Assembly (NCBI GenBank): GCA_003130875.1
Contig: QEXY01000143.1
Location: forward strand, 18,338-82,337
Direction of reading: 5' to 3'
DNA: 64,000 nucleotides
From: Ardenticatenia bacterium
Lineage (GTDB): Bacteria; Chloroflexota; Anaerolineae; 4572-78; NAK82
Numbering within the stretch: the first letter of the stretch is position 1; every line of letters starts with the position of its first letter. The notes below the pieces were generated by a model that made no database searches, was not told the origin of the DNA, and was given only the letters and a program-made list of their open reading frames with translations. Positions 60,413-64,000 of the stretch are shown here, piece by piece. The translations under genes were made by a program, and so were the position numbers.

Positions 60413-61354
60413 ATGTCGGCCAGCAAGTCTATATCCCTGGAACGTTCCGCTGCAACCGGCAAGCGCCGGTTCACACTCACCAATACCCAGTTCTCCATAA
60501 TATTATTGTTGCCAGCGTTGCTAACCCTGGCGTTCACCGTCCTCTATCCCCTTCTGCGGGGCATCTATCTGAGCTTTCATTCCTACAGCTTGGTCGATCT
60601 TGTTTCTGGCATCCAATGGGTGGGGCTTGAGAATTTCAAAACTCTGTTGAGCAGCTCGGCATATCGCTCTGTCTGGGGTACCACGCTCATATTCGTCGCC
60701 GGCTCGGTGGGTGGTCAATTTGTCGTTGGCTTCTTGACAGCGCTGGTGCTCAATCAGGACCTGGCACAGCGTAACCTGTTCCGTGGATTGCTCTTGATGC
60801 CCTGGATCGTACCCACCGTTGTGGCCGCCCTGTTGTGGAAATGGATTTTCAACCAGCAATACGGCATCTTCAACTACGTGCTTCACTCCTTGGGTCTCAT
60901 CTCTTCCTTCAAGGCATGGATCGGTGATCCATCGCTGGCACTTTTCTCGGTGACGCTCGCCAACATCTGGAAGGGGTTCCCGTTCCATATGATCGTGCTG
61001 CTGGCTGCACTGCAGACCATCCCGCCGGACATCATTGAGGCAGCGATCATCGACGGCACTACAGCGGTGCAACGTTTCCGCTACGTCGTATTGCCCTACC
61101 TGCGGTATATCATCATGATCGACTTGCTCATCTCCATCATTTGGACCTTCCAGAGCTTCACCACCATCTGGACGATGACAGAAGGTGGACCGGTTACAGC
61201 GACCACCACACTGGCCATCAGCATTTACCGAACAGCATTTCAGGCGTTCGACATCGGTATGGGGGCTGCTATCGGCACCTTGTGGCTGGTGGCCATGTTA
61301 GTTTTCAGCGCGGTGTTCGTGCGATTGTTCGGTGGTACTCGATTGGAAGTGTAG
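60413..61354 (+). CDS. sugar ABC transporter permease (MalF-like)
   Basis: Six hydrophobic segments; EAA-loop region EAAIIDGTTAVQRFRYVVLP. Confidence 0.88.
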   Translation: MSASKSISLERSAATGKRRFTLTNTQFSIILLLPALLTLAFTVLYPLLRGIYLSFHSYSLVDLVSGIQWVGLENFKTLLSSSAYRSVWGTTLIFVAGSVGGQFVVGFLTALVLNQDLAQRNLFRGLLLMPWIVPTVVAALLWKWIFNQQYGIFNYVLHSLGLISSFKAWIGDPSLALFSVTLANIWKGFPFHMIVLLAALQTIPPDIIEAAIIDGTTAVQRFRYVVLPYLRYIIMIDLLISIIWTFQSFTTIWTMTEGGPVTATTTLAISIYRTAFQAFDIGMGAAIGTLWLVAMLVFSAVFVRLFGGTRLEV

Positions 61355-61367
61355 GAGATCGGACGCG

Positions 61368-62228
61368 ATGTTATCCCTTACGCACCGCCGTCGGTTGGTC
61401 AAAGGTCTCTCCTATTTGTACATCCTTGTGCTGTTGGTGTTGGCCCTGTTCCCGATTGCATGGATGGTCTCATCCTCGATCAAGCCTATCGAAGACTTAT
61501 TCGTCATCCCGCCGCAGTGGATACCAGAACACCCGACGCTGAGCACGCTCAACTCGGTCATCTACGGCGATTACGGACGTGGCAGCCTCTTTCCCAGATA
61601 TTTTGCTAACAGCGTGATCGTCACGGTGGGCACCACGCTATTCTGCCTGGTGATCGCGACGCTGGCAGCTTATAGCTTCTCACGATACCCATTCCGCGGC
61701 AGCAACGGGCTGATGGTGGGCATCCTTTCCACGCAGATGTTCCCACAGGGTATGTTGCTGATCACGTTGTATTTGACCTTCTTGGCACTGAATTTATTGA
61801 ACACCTATCCGGCGCTGATACTGGCCAACACCACCTTCGCCATTCCGTTCGCGATTTGGATCCTCAAGGGCTTCTTCGACACTGTCCCACGAGAGATCGA
61901 GGATGCAGCCCTGATCGATGGTTGCGGTCGGCTGGGTGTCCTGACGCGTGTCGTGTTGCCTATGATCGCGCCCGGTCTGGTCGCTGCCGGAGTTTACACA
62001 TTTTTGATCGCCTGGGATGAGTACCTCTTTGCTGCCACTCTGACAATCAAGCCAGAAATGCGCACGCTGCCACCGGGTATTATCCAATCCTTCGTGGGTC
62101 AGTTCTACTTGAACTGGCCCAACGTCATGGCCGCTTCCGTGTTAGTCACGATACCGGTGACCGTGTTGTTCATCTTCTTCCAGAAACATCTGGTGCAAGG
62201 CCTGACGGCCGGCGCCGTGAAGGGATGA
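61368..62228 (+). CDS. sugar ABC transporter permease (MalG-like)
   Basis: EAA loop EDAALIDGCGRLGVLTRVVLP. ATG chosen after the RBS GTAGGAG. Confidence 0.88.
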   Translation: MLSLTHRRRLVKGLSYLYILVLLVLALFPIAWMVSSSIKPIEDLFVIPPQWIPEHPTLSTLNSVIYGDYGRGSLFPRYFANSVIVTVGTTLFCLVIATLAAYSFSRYPFRGSNGLMVGILSTQMFPQGMLLITLYLTFLALNLLNTYPALILANTTFAIPFAIWILKGFFDTVPREIEDAALIDGCGRLGVLTRVVLPMIAPGLVAAGVYTFLIAWDEYLFAATLTIKPEMRTLPPGIIQSFVGQFYLNWPNVMAASVLVTIPVTVLFIFFQKHLVQGLTAGAVKG

Positions 62229-62235
62229 TGGCACT

Positions 62236-63375
62236 ATGCGGAAAGAACGCATGAGCCCGCGCGAACGGGTAATGACAGCGATCAATCACCGCGAGCCGGA
62301 CCGCGTGCCGCTCGATTTCTATGCCGTTCCTGAAGAGCTCGAAGCGCTGGAAAAGCACTTGGGGCTGACTCCGCAACCCGATCCCGATTTTCCCCACTAT
62401 ATGGCCGCCCATGAAGCGCTGCTTGAATACTTTCACACTGATGTGCGCTTTGTGGCACCGCGCTACATTGGCCCGGAGCTGCCCAAGTTTGAGGATGGCA
62501 GTTTCATGGACGTGTGGGGTTTCCGGCGCACGGTGACCAATTACGGGCTGGGTGTCTATTACGAGTTTCTCGACCCACGCCTGGCGAATGCCACCACGGT
62601 TGCTGAGGTGGATGCCTATCCATGGCCTGACCCGGATTGGTGGGATTATTCGGTCATCCACCTCCAATGTGAACGCTATGACCGCTACGCCATCATCGCC
62701 GGCGATGACGGCAACGTGGACTTCATCAATCGCGCTTCTTTCCTGCGCGGGTACGAACAGGTGATGCTTGACATCGCCACGCGTAACGAAGTGTTGTTCC
62801 GCATCTGGGACCACCTGTCCGATTTCTTCTACGAATACGACCGGCGCATCCTGGAGGCAGGCGACGGCCGCATCGATATTATGCACTTCGGGGATGACTA
62901 TGGCAGCCAGCGCGACACAGTGATCAGCCCTCAGGTATACCGTGAACTCTTGCAACCGCGTTGGCGGCGCCACATCGATCAAGCACGCGCATACGGTTGC
63001 AAGGTGATGCACCATTCGTGCGGCAGCACGCGCCGCCTCATACCCGACCTGATCGCGACCGGCATCGACGTGCTGGTCACGGTGCAGCCTTACGCTGGCG
63101 GGATGGATTTGTGCGAGATCAAAGCTCTGTACGGTGATCGCCTCGCCTTTCACGGTACGCTGGACATCCAGCAAGATCTGCGCGTCAACTCGCCTGAAAG
63201 GGTGCGCGAGATCGTGCGCGAACGCATCGAGGTGATGGCACCGGGCGGCGGCTTCATCCTGGCGCCGACGCACATCGTCCAGCCCGATGTGCCGGTTGAG
63301 AATGTGCTGGCCGCTTATGAGGCAGCATTGGAGTATGGGTGGTACGACTCGCTGGGCAAATCCACAAGGAGATGA
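62236..63375 (+). CDS. uroporphyrinogen-decarboxylase (URO-D) family protein of unknown substrate
   Basis: SPRERVMTAINHREPDRVPLDF...HFGDDYGSQ...MHHSCGS...ILAPTH pattern of URO-D/MtaA-like TIM barrels, embedded in a sugar locus. Confidence 0.7.
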   Translation: MRKERMSPRERVMTAINHREPDRVPLDFYAVPEELEALEKHLGLTPQPDPDFPHYMAAHEALLEYFHTDVRFVAPRYIGPELPKFEDGSFMDVWGFRRTVTNYGLGVYYEFLDPRLANATTVAEVDAYPWPDPDWWDYSVIHLQCERYDRYAIIAGDDGNVDFINRASFLRGYEQVMLDIATRNEVLFRIWDHLSDFFYEYDRRILEAGDGRIDIMHFGDDYGSQRDTVISPQVYRELLQPRWRRHIDQARAYGCKVMHHSCGSTRRLIPDLIATGIDVLVTVQPYAGGMDLCEIKALYGDRLAFHGTLDIQQDLRVNSPERVREIVRERIEVMAPGGGFILAPTHIVQPDVPVENVLAAYEAALEYGWYDSLGKSTRR

Positions 63376-63380
63376 ACGCG

Positions 63381-64000
63381 ATGAATATGACAGGCAAGGC
63401 AAAAATCGGGCTGTTGGGTCTAATGCTGGAGTTGTACGATGCCTGGCCAGAGCTGAAACCAGCCATGGCAGAATTTGCGCGTGCGCTCGGCGATACTTTA
63501 AGCGCTTTCGCTGAAGTAGAATTTCCGGGTGTATGCAACACACGCGAGCAGGTGGAGCGCACTCTCGCCGCGTTCGAAGCAGCGGGCAAGGATTTGCTCT
63601 TAGTGGTGCTGCTCACCTACGCGCCCAGTCACATCGCCCTGCCGGCTTTGCTGCGGACGCGTCTCCCCATCCTGATTTACAATACGCAGCAGCTCTACAC
63701 CGTTGGGCCTGACACACGCTCGATTGATACGACGCACAACCACGGCATGCACGGCGTGCAAGACCTGGCCAACGTGCTGTTGCGCGCCGGCCGCGATTTT
63801 TATCTGGTCACCGGCCACTATCGGGATGCCCGTGTCATCGAGGAAGTGCGGCAGTGGTGTGACGCAGCCCGCGCCGTCAAACAAATGCGCCAGTTGCGCA
63901 TCGGTCTGCTGGGCTACGCCATGGAAGGCATGGGCGATTTCGGCTTGGACGAAACCGCTTTTCTTGCTCAGATAGGCGTCGAGGTCCGCCATATCGCGAT
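63381..64000 (+). CDS. L-arabinose/L-fucose isomerase-family protein, N-terminal part (3' end outside window)
   Basis: Hand translation: MNMTGKAKIGLLGLMLELYD...LLLVVLLTYAPS...NHGMHGVQDLANVL...LRIGLLGYAMEGMGDF. Open to the window end, and not in the ORF track because it is unterminated. Confidence 0.75.
   Translation, partial: MNMTGKAKIGLLGLMLELYDAWPELKPAMAEFARALGDTLSAFAEVEFPGVCNTREQVERTLAAFEAAGKDLLLVVLLTYAPSHIALPALLRTRLPILIYNTQQLYTVGPDTRSIDTTHNHGMHGVQDLANVLLRAGRDFYLVTGHYRDARVIEEVRQWCDAARAVKQMRQLRIGLLGYAMEGMGDFGLDETAFLAQIGVEVRHIA

Noticed and set aside
62170-63543. 457-aa minus-strand ORF
   Set aside because: It is antisense to the well-supported URO-D-family and AraA-like genes. The translation is Arg/His/Ala-rich with no motif, typical of a shadow ORF in GC-rich DNA.

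Overview
This is a moderately GC-rich bacterial chromosome segment. Gene content and protein style (Pro/Thr-rich linkers, an archaeal-type mevalonate trio, cohesin/SBBP/PKD surface proteins) suggest Chloroflexota, but that is inference only. All calls come from reading the supplied ORF translations and the DNA by eye; no searches were run.

Layout, in order:
- 1-3434: an upper mevalonate operon (HMG-CoA reductase, archaeal-type HMG-CoA synthase, thiolase, DUF35).
- 3717-8564: a ~4.75 kb integrative element in tRNA-Arg(TCT), bounded by 97-bp direct repeats. It carries an integrase, an RHH protein, a wHTH Rep-like gene with embedded 21-bp iterons, and a nuclease-like gene.
- 9246-10134: a decayed rve-type transposase.
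- 10187-21635: an envelope and glycan block (SBBP/DUF11 surface protein, DUF2723 GT-C membrane protein, NDP-sugar dehydrogenase plus epimerase, a polytopic membrane protein, an SH3b/PT-linker protein, a LysM-M23 peptidase).
- 21939-26885: cydAB and a PAS/GAF hybrid kinase.
- 27396-32236: three consecutive cohesin-module proteins with three different anchors, followed by a dockerin-bearing S8 protease.
- 32484-35226: rpiB and deoC genes with N-terminal amphipathic extensions resembling microcompartment encapsulation peptides, a second deoC, and a lone EutN/CcmL-type pentamer gene. No BMC-H shell gene is present in the window.
- 35261-40573: a 1770-aa hybrid kinase.
- 40710-43152: split formiminotransferase and cyclodeaminase genes and an aldo/keto reductase.
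- 43265-47125: a 1286-aa SH3b/PA14/PKD surface protein.
- 47408-54149: three tandem PT-linker lipoprotein-like genes packed against an HExxH metalloprotease, a GT2, a PfkB kinase and YhhQ.
- 54432-64000: a DeoR-controlled sugar locus.

An ~88-bp MITE-like element with terminal inverted repeats occurs three times.

The most interesting candidates are the cohesin-dockerin protease display cluster, the shell-poor microcompartment-type locus, the PT-linker lipoprotein family with an unassigned 4-Cys domain, and the MITE family.
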